A stretch of 64,000 nt of DNA from Octopus sinensis. Taxonomy: Eukaryota. Of this stretch, positions 27,660-39,959 are shown in pieces. Both the position numbers and the translations under genes were made by a program. The notes below the pieces were generated by a model. The model was given only the letters and a program-made list of their open reading frames with translations, ran no database searches and was not told the origin of the DNA. Where the stretch lies: contig NC_043013.1 of assembly GCF_006345805.1 (NCBI RefSeq), positions 17,794,001 through 17,858,000 of the forward strand, given 5' to 3'. Numbering within the stretch: position 1 is the first letter of the stretch; each line of letters starts with the position of its first letter.

Positions 27660-28504
27660 CACAAATTATATATATATATATATTTATATATATATAATAT
27701 CTATTATACATACATACATTATATATATATCATATATATATATATACATATATATATTATATAATAATATATATATATTATACTATATATATATAATATA
27801 CATATATATATATATATACATCTATATATATATAGTACATATATATAGATATAGATTATATATACATACATACATATAATATATATACAATATTATATAT
27901 ATATACATTATACTATATATAATATATATAGATTATAGATATATATACATACATACGTATATATATATACATATATATATATATACATATATACATATAT
28001 ATAATATATACATATATATAATATATCATATAGATATATATACATTATATATATATACATCTATATATATACATATATATATAATCTGTTAAATACAATA
28101 TGATATCTTGTAGTAGATTAATCAAAAGCTTTAACCGATCCCTAGTACAAAATCCAGCATTGAACATCACGGTTGGAGGTAACAACCATCTGGCTTTGCA
28201 ACCGTGCGTTGGTGCGGATAATGAAATATAAAACTTAATGGTGAAATTGAATAATGGAGCTGACGCAGATTGAACATACAATCGTTTTTTTATTTCATTC
28301 TACACGTGTTTCGAAAGGCAAATTACCAAATCCATTGAATAATGGACCATATTGTGTCGTTCTCTTCAGGAAGAAAAAAGGAAATCCGTTGGAAAAACAA
28401 AACAGAACAGAGGCAGAGCAAAAAACAAATCGAACTGTGCTCCTAAGACCATTGCGAACTGTTATTATTCACCATATATATATAATATATTATATACAAT
28501 ATAT

Positions 28505-28547
<43 letters not shown>

Positions 28548-28583
28548 TATATACATATTATATATACATACATATATATATAC

Positions 28584-28628
<45 letters not shown>

Positions 28629-28661
28629 TATATACATATATATATATACATATATATATAC

Positions 28662-28710
<49 letters not shown>

Positions 28711-28723
28711 CATATATATATAC

Positions 28724-28770
<47 letters not shown>

Positions 28771-28771
28771 G

Positions 28772-28803
<32 letters not shown>

Positions 28804-28850
28804 TATTATATACACACACAACACACACACACACACATATATATATACAC
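27660..28850. repeat. Long (TA)/(TACA) arrays flanking a ~390-bp insert (28081-28472)
   Basis: Direct inspection. Confidence 0.9.
28291..28379 (-). ncRNA. Minimal type I hammerhead ribozyme, canonical core
   Basis: TTTTTTCTTC CTGAAGA GAA..TTC GAAA CACGTG TA^GAATGAAATA; G10.1-C11.1; stem III palindrome ACACGTGT; predicted cut between 28301 and 28300. Confidence 0.85.
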
Positions 28851-28851
28851 A

Positions 28852-29020
28852 TAGGCGTAGGTGTAACTGTGTGGTAAGTAGCTTGCTTATGAATCACATG
28901 GTTCCGGGTTCAGTCCCACTGCGTGGTACCTTGGGCAAGTGTCTTCTAATATAGCCTCGGGCAAACCAAAGCCTTGTGAGTGGATTTGGTAGATGGAAAC
29001 TGAAAGAAGCCTGTTGTATA
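28852..29020 (+). mobile_element. SINE family B, 5' half
   Basis: Identity to 22981-23350. Confidence 0.8.
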
Positions 29021-29190
29021 TATGTATATATATATTTCTTTTCCTGAGCATTCAATAACACTATACTTGGTCCACGCCCTCGCGTTTTTATGTTTTCTCT
29101 TTGTGTTTTCATGTTTGGATTAACTATATATATTTATATATATATATATATAAATTAAATTAGAGATAAAACCACTATTAAGCAATTCAA

Positions 29191-29253
<63 letters not shown>

Positions 29254-29254
29254 T

Positions 29255-29654
29255 TATATACAAAGCTGAAGTTGTCTCTGTGTGTGTGGCAGGTTTAGTA
29301 GCCTTCAACTAAACACTATCTCCTCCGAGACCATGTGGTGCAAGTGACCAAAATTGATAGTATGATAGAAGAAGGCTTGCTCTTCATTCCGTAGAAGAAA
29401 AAATTCAAATCGGACGATGTTAAGACCAAAAATTATTTACATCAAAAAGGTGGGGTTTTTTTTCAATGAAAATCTCTATTTTTTAATGATCTTTTGACTG
29501 CTGTGTCGCCATTTTTCGGTGTATTTCAACCAGAAAAATGTTCACTTAAAGAGAATAACAAGCTACATAAGGCAAAATTTTTACTTTTCAAAAATTCCAA
29601 TTCTAAAGGATTGAAAAGAAAACAAACCCGAGCAACACCGGGCTATACTGCTAG
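29255..29654 (+). mobile_element. Non-autonomous Helitron
   Basis: 3' hairpin CCCG-AGCAACAC-CGGG followed by CTAG|T; sister copy at 43507-43885. Confidence 0.8.
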
Positions 29655-29693
29655 TGTATATATTATATATGTATATATATATATAGATAGATA

Positions 29694-29923
29694 CAGGGGG
29701 TCCATAAAGATAGCGTACTGTTATTTGTAATAAAGAAATATCATGGTTAGACTAAAAAGATTTTCAGAAAATATATTACATCAGAAAATATTGTAACAAT
29801 ATAGACAATCATATACATTTACTACAGCTATGATAAATGTTCAAATTGTAAGCTAGCTTTTCATATGGTTACGTCATAGAGTTGTTTTCAGCCTAACTGT
29901 ATAGTAACTTTACAGACACCCTG
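29694..29923. mobile_element. Tc1/mariner-type MITE
   Basis: Imperfect TIRs CAGGGGGTCCATAAAG / CTTTACAGACACCCTG. Confidence 0.6.
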
Positions 29924-29973
29924 TGTATATATATATATATATATACTTTATTTTAAGCAGCAGAAAATTCAAC

Positions 29974-30021
29974 AAAATCTGTTACTCTGAGTTTCTCGTT
30001 GCCGTTCATCAGACAGTTTTT
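29974..30021 (-). ncRNA. Minimal type I hammerhead ribozyme
   Basis: AAAAACTGT CTGATGA ACG-GCAA-CGA GAAA CTC-A-GAG TA^ACAGATTTT; predicted cut between 29983 and 29982. Confidence 0.8.
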
Positions 30022-30920
30022 GCTAGAATGGAACATATATATTAATTCAATCTATACTCTTACAAACGCTACACCTTTAAAAAGAAATGGACTTGTTTGA
30101 TTGGCCCTTTAGAAAAAACGGTCAATCTTCGAGCGATAAACAAAAAGGTCAAAAATATATGTATATATATATAAAAAAACTTATAAAAATTATAAAAATT
30201 ATAAAATCCGAGGAAAAAACAGAGGAAAAACCTATTGCCGTTAATGAAGACAGTACAAATTAATGCATAGAAATTAAACCTGTTATAAATACTGCAATAC
30301 ATATTTATATTAAAATCCACATATATATATCAACATACACAAAAGGATGCGCGTAAACGCCATACATACATATACAGACGTATGAATATGAATCTAAATT
30401 ATACACATAAAAGCATGTGTACATATATTCACGCAAACCGTCTCGCACGCAAGCTAAAATTCATCTATGTAGCAATTCTCATATACTGAGCACACACACA
30501 CAGAGTCTTTTGTTCTTTTAATAATTTCAGTCACTGAACTGTGACCATGCTGGAGTACTGCCTTGAAGGGTTTAGGCAATAATATTTATCCCTGCATATA
30601 AGTCTGCCACTTATCTTCTGGGTCTGTATTTAATGAATATGTAAGTTATGGAATACAAAGGGATATAATATAAATACAACACTAGTTTTAAGCAGAGGTT
30701 TAAACTGTCATTAGAAGTTACCTACATGTATGTATGTATACATGTATATATTCATACGTGTGAATATATATATATATAGCAAGAAGTTGAGGTTATAAGA
30801 GATAATGGTGTCATTGAGACCCAAAGGTGTCAGGTAATGCTGAATAAGACTGTAAGTTAAGTTCCAAATTCGGTAACATTGTGAATAAAAGGTTCAACGT
30901 TGGTTCTATGTCAGCGTGTG

Positions 30921-31188
30921 TATATAAAAATTTTTTGTGTAATAAGATAAAAAACCAAGATATTAGAGCATTTATAGATAGAAGGTCTTACAGCTGTTTC
31001 TAGGATATTAATTCTTCATCGGAAACAGTGTGAAGGAAAAATTAAGTCATAGTTAGTTTCCTTTCACACTGTCTCCGATTAAGGGATATTATTAATTAAT
31101 ATCCTAGAAACATCTGTAAGACCTTCTATCTATAAATGCTCTAATATCTATACAGCCTTGTTTTTTTTACCTTATTACGCAAAAAATT

Positions 31189-31196
<8 letters not shown>
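30921..31196. mobile_element. Palindromic element with a hammerhead in each arm (30985-31026 minus; 31071-31122 plus)
   Basis: Arms of about 130 bp; consensus GTCT CCGATGA AGGGATATT..AATATCCTA GAAA CAGCTG TA^AGAC; abuts TA tracts. Confidence 0.8.
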
Positions 31197-31228
<32 letters not shown>

Positions 31229-31257
31229 TATATATATATATATATACATACACACAC

Positions 31258-31300
<43 letters not shown>

Positions 31301-31536
31301 TTACAGTTACAAATTCACCTCCTAGTTCTAGAGACATGTAAACCTACATGTAAAGTAGTAGGGAAATTGATCAGAGACAACATTCGGTTTGAAAGGATTC
31401 TTTTGTCCTGCTAAGGACAAGGCAACTTCTATTGTGCTGGTGCCACAAAAAATGCATCCAGTACATTCTATAAGGTGGTTGGTGTTAGAAAGCAAGGCAC
31501 TGAATCATAGAAACTGTACCAAAACCAAGTCACTGG

Positions 31537-31665
31537 ATTAAGACTTGGTCCACTGACCAATCAAAATATCTAATTCATGCTAATATGCAAAACAGGCATT
31601 TTATGCCTGTTTTGCATATTAGCATGAATTAGATATTTTGATTGGTCAGAGGACCAAGTCTTAAT
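31537..31665. repeat. Near-perfect 129-bp palindrome (63-bp arms, 3-nt loop, 1 mismatch)
   Basis: Arms paired base by base; only A31552/A31650 mismatches. Confidence 0.95.
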
Positions 31666-31709
31666 TAAGTAATGTGCAAAATAAAAAATAAAATGTATAT
31701 ATATATTTG

Positions 31710-31769
<60 letters not shown>

Positions 31770-32544
31770 TACACATATACATACATACATATATATATAT
31801 ATATATGGAGAGAGAGAGAAGGGTGCACAAGGCCACAGTACACATGACTGCCAAATACACAATTTCTGTCTAACCACCCGTAAAACCCCTGCATTCCCTA
31901 CACTCTTGCATACAGACCACCTTTTAAACTTAGCAGCAGCAGCAGCTGTTACGTAAGCAATTATTAAGCATTGCAAAATGAGCCCAGTTTGTAATTGTAA
32001 GAGTGACATCAGTGGCCATTTGATACAATTTACTGAGCGTTGGCTGGTCGGTACATAATGGAGTCTAGTGTGATATTAAAACCACTGTTTCTGGTGTACT
32101 TCATGCATCACTGGAATAGATACATATGTCTATAGAATTGAGGACAGGCTTGAAAAATAGTCGTAGTAGCAGTGGTGGTGGAAGTAATAGAAGTAGTTTT
32201 AACTCCAGGTCAGCTCTGACTGAACAACCTTATGAGCGAAAGCATTCTTACTGTGACCACCTTATAGGACAAGTATTAGCAGCAGCAGCAGCAGCCATAG
32301 TAGCAACAGCAAGAGGAGGAGGAGGGGGAGGAGGCATTGTAGAAAGTTTGAAATGTAACGCAGGCAATAAGTAAATCATGAAACGTAAATGATTGGACTT
32401 GAGGCAAGAACTTCAGGGTCAAAGGACGAGGGCACACAAGCTAAACCCAGAGTTCACAGAGCAAAGAAGGGACATATCAGGTAGTGGTTGTGATGCTGGT
32501 GGCATTGGTGCTGGTAGAAGTTTTGGTGTTGGTGGTTTGTTTGT

Positions 32545-32913
32545 TTGTTTGTTGAGCAAAGCGGTCTTCGTCCCATTAGTGGGAGAAGTCCGAAACGTGG
32601 TCCTTTGCTATTCGTAAGGCCCGCAGAAGAGAAAGCAGCTCAACCCCCGACACCGAGAGCATCGACAGATGGATGAATGCGCATCCAGGCTCAGCGGTTG
32701 CATAGGAAGTCGGGGACAAGAAACAGGAAGAAAGAGTGAGAGAAAGTTGGAGCAAAAGAGTACAACAGGGGTCACCACCACCCCCTGCCAGAGCTTCATG
32801 GAGCTTTAGGTGTTTTCGCTCAATAAACACACACAACGCCCGGTCTGGGAATCGAAACCGCGATCCCCCAACCACGAGTCCGCTGTTCTAACCATTCGGC
32901 CATTGCGCCTCCA
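32545..32913 (-). mobile_element. tRNA-derived SINE with family C head and a different tail ending in (CAAA)n
   Basis: 5' part matches 18281-18596; 3' part differs and ends in a stem-loop plus (CAAA)n. Confidence 0.8.
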
Positions 32914-33169
32914 CTTGGTGTTGGTGGTGTCGGTGGTGATGGAATTGTAGGTAATTTAAAGCTGGCTTGGGATATTGTTGACCAGAACTTAAGTCAGATA
33001 TCTAAGTTTATGTATAACATTTAGGCCAAGACAATCTGATGAAACCTATCCCTTGCAGATGTGTGCACGCATGTATGTGTGTGTGTGTACACGATTTGTT
33101 TGTTGAGGACTTGAAAGCATTTTTTTGTTTTCTCTGCTGTGCTGTCAAGTGGTATAAGGCATGTTTGTA

Positions 33170-33480
33170 TGTGTGGCTTAGTGGTTAGGGTATTTGGCTC
33201 ATGATTGTAGGGTCACAAATTTGATTCCTGGTGACGCGTTGTGTCCTTGAGCAAGACACTTTATTTCATATCGCTCCAGTCCACTCAGCTGGCAAAAATG
33301 AGTAGTACCTGTATTTCAAAGGGCCAGCTTTGTCACACTCTGTGTCACGTTCAATCTCCCCGAGAAGTATGTGAAGGAGTATACGTGTCTGTGGAGTACT
33401 CAGCCACTTGCACATTAATCTCACAAGCAAACTGTTCTGTTGATTAGATCAACTGGATTCCTCGTCATCATAAGCGACGG
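33170..33480 (+). mobile_element. tRNA-derived SINE
   Basis: GTGGCTTAGTGGTTAGG...TTTGATTCCTGG head; related to 3288 and 34929. Confidence 0.65.
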
Positions 33481-34497
33481 AGTGACAGTTTTTCTTTTAG
33501 TATGTGTGTATATTTGTGCATGTGTATGAATGTGTGCATGTATTTGTATGAATATGTATGTGTATGCATGCATGGTATGTGTGTTAATCTATATTCATCA
33601 ATGACAATAGTCAGCTCACAAATCCACAGGGTTTTATAGGAGTGACTGAAATCAGTATCCTGGTCTTATAGGTGTCATGTGACTGTATCTTGGGCAAGTC
33701 AACCAAAATAGGGCTTGGCTCCTCTTGATTGAAGTCATATACTCTTGACAAGTCTTGAACACAGCATTGAAAACTAACAGAATTGGACCAAGTGACTGCC
33801 AGTCAACAAAATACTCTGTGAACTGCACAATGTCTGGGTGTTTTCATAATGAATTGTACAGTATCATATGTTGGTGGCCTGGACCAGTCATAATGAAATG
33901 TCTTCAGAGAAACAATGTGGCTAAATGGATAAGGTGTTTGGTTATATAGAGCTAGCTCATAGGTTTTAGGTTCAACTCCATTACTGGTAATTCGGTGTCT
34001 ATCTGAGCTTGTTTACTTCATTCATCATTACTTCAGTCAACACCCGATTATTAGGAACATGTACAACTAGATCACTAAGGAATGTGGCTTCTGATAGACT
34101 GATATCTATCTTATCTAGGGGTGGTGGGGTAAGATCCATCTTCTTTTATCTAATATCATGAAGATTGAATAAAGAATCAACTGTAAGTACTTTGAAAAAC
34201 CCTGCTGTTACTTAATAAATTTTAGGCAATGAGTTGGCATAATTATCTGTACATCAGACAAAATGCCAGAAGAATTCAATTTCAGTTTTTCTTTTGTTCT
34301 GAGTTCAAATCCTGCTGAGATGAACTCTGCCTTTCATCCTTCAGGATTCAATAAAATATGGGATCAGTCACCTCAATAATTGAGCTCAATTCTTGTAATG
34401 TATCAGCGAGGTGAATGGAAGGAGGTACTTCTATGCTAAAGATAGAAACATTTTTACTAAGTACAAAAAGGAAAAGTCAGTTTTGATCTAGCAGACC

Positions 34498-34555
<58 letters not shown>

Positions 34556-34556
<1 letters not shown>

Positions 34557-34764
34557 TGTATTTTCTGGCATACAAGTCAAATTTTTCAGACCAAAATTTG
34601 CAGCTAAAAAAGCTAGGTCAATCTATACACAAAGACAAACATTTTAGGACCAAATAAATTCCATGTGAAATACAGTATGATTTGCAAAGATAGTGACAAT
34701 CTTTAATTGTTTACACATGTTTGCACACTATATACTACACTGAACTGTATGCTGGAAAATACGG
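34556..34764. mobile_element. TA-flanked MITE (Tc2/pogo-like ends)
   Basis: TA|CTGTATTTTCTGGCATACA ... TGTATGCTGGAAAATACGG|TA. Confidence 0.7.
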
Positions 34765-34928
34765 TATATAGATTCTCTGTTTGAGTTTCCTATAATGAAC
34801 ATATAGTCTATACATTCAATCATATATGCATTGATGGTATATATGTGCATGCAAGTAGACTTATGGTGCATATACACAGTCACATATATACTTATGGTAT
34901 ATATATATATGTGTGTGTGTGTATGTGT

Positions 34929-35181
34929 GGAGGCACGCGGCTTAGTGGTTAGGGCGTCAGCATCATGATCGTAAGATTGTGGCTTCGATTCCTGGACCGG
35001 GTGACGCATTGTGTTCTTGAGCAAAACACTTCATTTCATGTTGCTCCAGTTCACTCATCTGGCAAAAATGAGTAACGCTGCAATGGACTGGCATCCCGTC
35101 CAGCCGGGGAACACATACGCCATAGAAACTGGGAAACTTGGCCCATGAGCCTGGCTAGGCTTTAAAAGGGCGCATTTATTT
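34929..35181 (+). mobile_element. SINE family C
   Basis: GGAGGCACGCGGCTTAGTGG...GCTTCGATTCC...GGCTTTAAAAGGGCGCATTTATT. Confidence 0.85.
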
Positions 35182-36036
35182 ATTTATATATATATATATA
35201 TATACACACATACACACACACACAAGCACACAAGAATTGATGGCATATTCAAAGATTAAGAAATTTGCTTTGAAATCATGAGGTTGTAAGTTCAATCTTA
35301 TTGATTCGGTTCTTGGACAGTGTATTTTTAAGGGCCCAGAGTTGATTGAAACCCTGTGAATGAAACTAGGTACATGGAAACGACATGGATGCCGGTTGAA
35401 GGGATCACACCTTTAATTCAAATGTTCAGTCATATTATGGATTGTCACACTAATATAGCTTGTGAAATATATTAACAGTACATGTGTGTGGAATACTCAG
35501 CCATTTATACATAAAATAAATTTACAAGTTAGACATTCAGTTGACTGAAAAACAAAAATACACACTGTAAACAAGCAACAAGCAATTCCTCTCATGTATA
35601 GAAACTTACATTCATAAAATGTAATTACAGACAGATTCGTGTACAAAAAAATATGTACACACATTACAGGAGTATATGCACATTCATACACATACACACA
35701 TAGACACATACACATGTATACATGTGTACACACACACATACACACATATACATACAAATATACATTCAAATTAATTTGCAGTTACATATTCAAAAACTCC
35801 TGGAAATGACTCATGAAAAAGTCTTAAAGACCAACTCAAATGGTTACAAAGACTCATAATACAGTTAAAAGTAAACCACTGGTTAATTAGTTAAATATAC
35901 ACCACTGATTAGTTAATTAAATATTAAACACTGGTTAGTTAGGTAAATATAAACCACTGGTAAAATATAAACCAAAAGTTAGTTAGTAAACTATAGATCA
36001 CTTAATTAAATATCCTTAAGTAATTATTCCTATAAC

Positions 36037-36254
36037 ATGAGGGTGCTAAAAAATCCCTGGCTTTAAGAGTATTGCAAAAGGCCTACTTAGAGGCCCAACC
36101 TCCTGAGTTCTTTTACAGGGCTTAGAAAAACTGAAGGACCGCTGCAATAAGTGTGTGAACCTGAGAGGGGAATTTGTTAAATAAAATTATAATTAACTGC
36201 TCCACCTGTATTTCCTATTACCCAAAGCCAGGAACTTTTCAGTACCCCCTTGTT
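36037..36254 (+). mobile_element. Mariner-derived MITE
   Basis: TIRs GAGGGTGCTAAAAAATCCCTGGCTTT / AAAGCCAGGAACTTTTCAGTACCCCC; retains transposase C-terminus LEKLKDRCNKCVNLRGEFV. Confidence 0.8.
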
Positions 36255-36460
36255 AATTAATACTTGTGGTATTAACAGCAATTTAACTGTCAGTTAGAGT
36301 AATCAATAATTAGTTAAGGGCAACCTGTATCTATTTAAGAGTAACCAGAGGGTGGTTTTTATAATGTTAATTGGTGGTTAACCTTGTAAAATTAATAGCT
36401 GGTTATTTCAACCAGGCTAAATACTAAACAACTTGGACAAGCTTTCTTAATGTGACTTAA

Positions 36461-36680
36461 CCCTTTCATTACTGTATTTCTGTTGAGATGCTCTGTATTT
36501 CTTTCAATTACTTTAAATATGACAAAGAATTTAGTAAAATAACTTCGTTATCATTCAGCTGGTGTTAGGGACATTAATTGTGACTAAGATTTGGTGGAAG
36601 ATTATAATTCAAAACTTATGAAAACAAGACATTTGTACTCAGAGCCAGAGCCGGTTTCAGCCGGGTTGGTAATGAAAGGG
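36461..36680. mobile_element. piggyBac-like MITE
   Basis: TTAA TSDs at 36457-36460 and 36681-36684; perfect 12-bp TIR CCCTTTCATTAC. Confidence 0.85.
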
Positions 36681-36999
36681 TTAAAGCATGAAAACTTAGT
36701 AAAAAAGAGTGTAGGTCAGTCATTTCTGAAATAGAGGGCATGGATGGGTAGGTTGAGAAAACAAGGGTTGTGTAATGTTATGAGTGGTCACATGATTTCC
36801 ATGTAACATTTCAAATTTTTCCAGAAATTTACTAATTGATACACATGTTGATGCAAAAGCGTACAAAAAGGAGATGGCTGGAGGGAGTTGTAGAAAAATA
36901 TTGGAGAAGGGACACACAATGTTGCATTGAGAGAAGGGGGTGCACATTGTAGGGCTGACCTAGGGCACTGAATACTCTGGCATGAGCCCAGCCCTTAAG

Positions 37000-37210
37000 T
37001 AACTACTAGGTACCCTTAACTGACTACTGGGTACCTTTAACTAACCATAAGGTACTCTTAAACTACTGGGTACATTAACCCTTAACTAATTATTGGGTGC
37101 ATTTAACAAACTAGTGGGTACACTTAACTAACTACAGGGTACCCTGAATTACCTGCTGGGTACTCTTAACTAATTGCAGGTTATCCTTTACTAAGTACTA
37201 TGTACTCTTA
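37000..37210. repeat. ~21-bp minisatellite (TTAACTAACTACTGGGTACYC-like), with inverted related arrays at 35875-35990 and 36294-36360
   Basis: About 10 diverged units. Confidence 0.75.
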
Positions 37211-37899
37211 ACATACAACTTGTTATCTTATTTAATGTAATTGCTGTTAGATATCTCTTCAATCTGAGTGAGAAGAAATGAAATGACAAATTTGGTGCTT
37301 TCATCAGATTTGAGCCCAGAATAATAAGATAGCAAATTTGTTTTTAAAAACCAGTATTAGCCGGTCGATGGTCTAACTGCAACTTCATTAGGAAATCTGC
37401 TCCAGCATTAACAACAACAACATGCAAGTTGCAGTCCCACACTTGCAAGCTTATAATGCACCATACCACATCACGCCATACCATGCACTATATATATAAC
37501 ATAACCATACATCATACCATACACTTTGCCATACTATAACATACACCACATATGCTCTATCCCACCCCATACATTTATACTTTACACCAACAGCCTGGGT
37601 GATTGAAACATAACAAATATATAAAATGTCTTCTCAGTTTTCAGATAAAATTTCAGAATGTCTTCTGTTCCAGTTTGAAAACATTTTCCCATGACAGCCT
37701 ACGCGCACGCACACACACACACACATACACAAACAACATGTACTCACACATAGACCTTTACTCACACACACACACACACAGCATGCTCTCACACATAGAC
37801 CTTTACTCACACACACACACAGCATGCTCTCACACATATATTCACTCAGTCATGCACACAAACGAACATAGCCACATCTATATAACAACTGTAAGTGAG

Positions 37900-39300
37900 G
37901 ATGGACACCTCTCGTACTGCCTATAGTGTAATGACCACTTCCTCCGTAATGAGCACTACATCTGTATATGTATATAGTAACACTTGAATATAGGAATTAT
38001 TCCCTGATCCATTGGCTGCAGAAGAGACGTGGTATTTGGAGGGAGGTATATGACATTGGGGTCAAAATCTACGATGTTTTGAGGGTAGCCAGGAACATTA
38101 TCTAAGATAAGTAAAACCTTAAAAAGAATCCCCTTCACCTTATAGTACTTCTCTGCTGCTGGGATAAAATGATTGAAGAATCAATCTTCAAAAACAACAA
38201 CAGTAACTCATGCTTTTGAATTTGCCATCCATATAACAAGGAGAGATGCCTTGGGTATATTCTTCATAGCACGGGGTCTGTGTGCATGATACACAAGCAA
38301 TGGCTTTAACTTAAAATCTCCTGCACAATTACTTCCCAACATAATGGTCACATGTTCTTTTGAGACCTTGTAGTCTGGAATAGTTTTCTCTTCCTTGGAA
38401 ATGAATGAACGTTCTGGTAATTTTTTCCAATGCAATCCAGTTTCGTCTACATTAAAAATCTGTTTGGGAAGAGAACCGTTTTCTTCGATGATTTTCTTTA
38501 ATACATTAAGAAATTCTGCTGCTGCTTGTTTGTCAGCTGATGCACTTTCACCTTGCTTTTTAATGGAGTGATAACTTCTTCGCTCCTTAAATCTCATGAA
38601 CCATCCTTGACTTGCCTTGAACTCTACATCTTTCTCATTTGGATATTTTTTCTTCAGGTCCTCAAACAAAGACAACACTTTCTCTTGAATGATTTTTTTG
38701 ACTAATAGTAGCACCATGACGATTCAACCTAACAACCCAAAGAGAAAGAAGACTTTCCATTTCTTCAAAGATTTTGCCCCTTTTCTTATTGATGACAGTG
38801 TTCTTCATCCCTGGAGTATCAGATTTGATATGTCCTAAAATCTTGGCCTTATTATGTCCAATCGTCGATACAGTTGTCTGACTCAATCCAAAAGATCGTG
38901 CAATTGCTACCACTTTTTTACCTTTTTCATGGTGTTTTCTCATGATCAGTTTATCTTCCAGCATTATAGCATGATGCTAAGTACTTTCACTATGAATTTT
39001 CTCAGGAGCCATGGGGGTAAAAAATAAAGTCACAAATGAATGAGAATGAGAAAGTACCTGATAAACAGACGTAAACAAATATGAATTCAAAACAATTGCA
39101 GGAATCATGAGTGACAACAACGCCTAACAGTAGATATTGGAACTACAGAGCAATATGAGCTCCGAAAGACTGATAAATAAGACAACACAGCTGATTTCAT
39201 GATTGCGTTCACTAAGCTACACTACTTTATGGTGTGTATCTTAACATTTACTGTACGCATTTTAATATAATTTTATATGCTTTTATTCTTATTTATTGTA
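37900..39300 (-). mobile_element. Tigger/pogo (TIGD1-like) transposase pseudogene
   Basis: CENP-B-type HTH (VAIARSFGLSQTTVSTI; FKASQGWFMRFK) and DDE_1 motifs IFNVDETGL, LLILDN, LLQPMDQGII; frameshifts and deletion; ends approximate. Confidence 0.9.
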
Positions 39301-39454
39301 CAGTAACATGATTTTATGTGCTTTTATCGGTTTTCTAGTAATTTTACGATTCCAATATTTGTGGCAGACAGACATAAAGTCGAGTAAAATGGTTTAACTT
39401 AATTTTTATTTTTCCATATATCATTTTTGAAACCGACGTATAACCAACTTAAAT

Positions 39455-39880
39455 TGAAATGACTTAAGCCGAGGTATGCCTGTATATACTTTTGTATCAT
39501 CAGCATAGTTAGTGAGAGTGGCTGAGTGTATGACTGAGGACATGTCTGAGGGAGCCACCACAAAGTTGTGCCCCGTGTACAGTTCCCCGAGGGATTCCCC
39601 TGAGAATTGATGTCTCCTCACAGAGAGTACCATTGGATGTCTGTCTTTCTTTTTAAAAGTGATGCAGCCACTCCTAGTTTTCCAGCAATATCAAGGTTGT
39701 TTCAGTGCTCAATCAAAAATGCTGTAGTAGCTGTGTGAGGCAGGTCCTCTCTGGACAGAAATCATGTTGTTTTTTTTTATCTAACAATGTGACCTGCTTC
39801 CTTCCGACACAGTGTGTTCCATGACTTTGCTAACATGTGAAGTCAGGATAGGCTTGTAATTTTTAACATCTGCTTTACTT
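39455..39880 (-). mobile_element. Decayed CR1/jockey-like RT fragment
   Basis: YADDTKVY motif and SKVME remnant. Confidence 0.55.
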
Positions 39881-39959
39881 TCTTCTTTATGGAACAAGGC
39901 ATATAACTTATTTTAAAAGAAAAAGCACACAGCCAGTTTCAACTGTGACAATCCAGTCA

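Noticed and set aside
32556-32608. GCAAAG...GAAACGTGGTC^CTTTGC hammerhead-like half
   Set aside because: Lacks CUGANGA; it is the antisense of a SINE 3' stem-loop
32126-32617. Ala/Gly/Ser-rich ORFs
   Set aside because: Built from (GCA), (GGA) and (GGT) runs; no codon bias or domain
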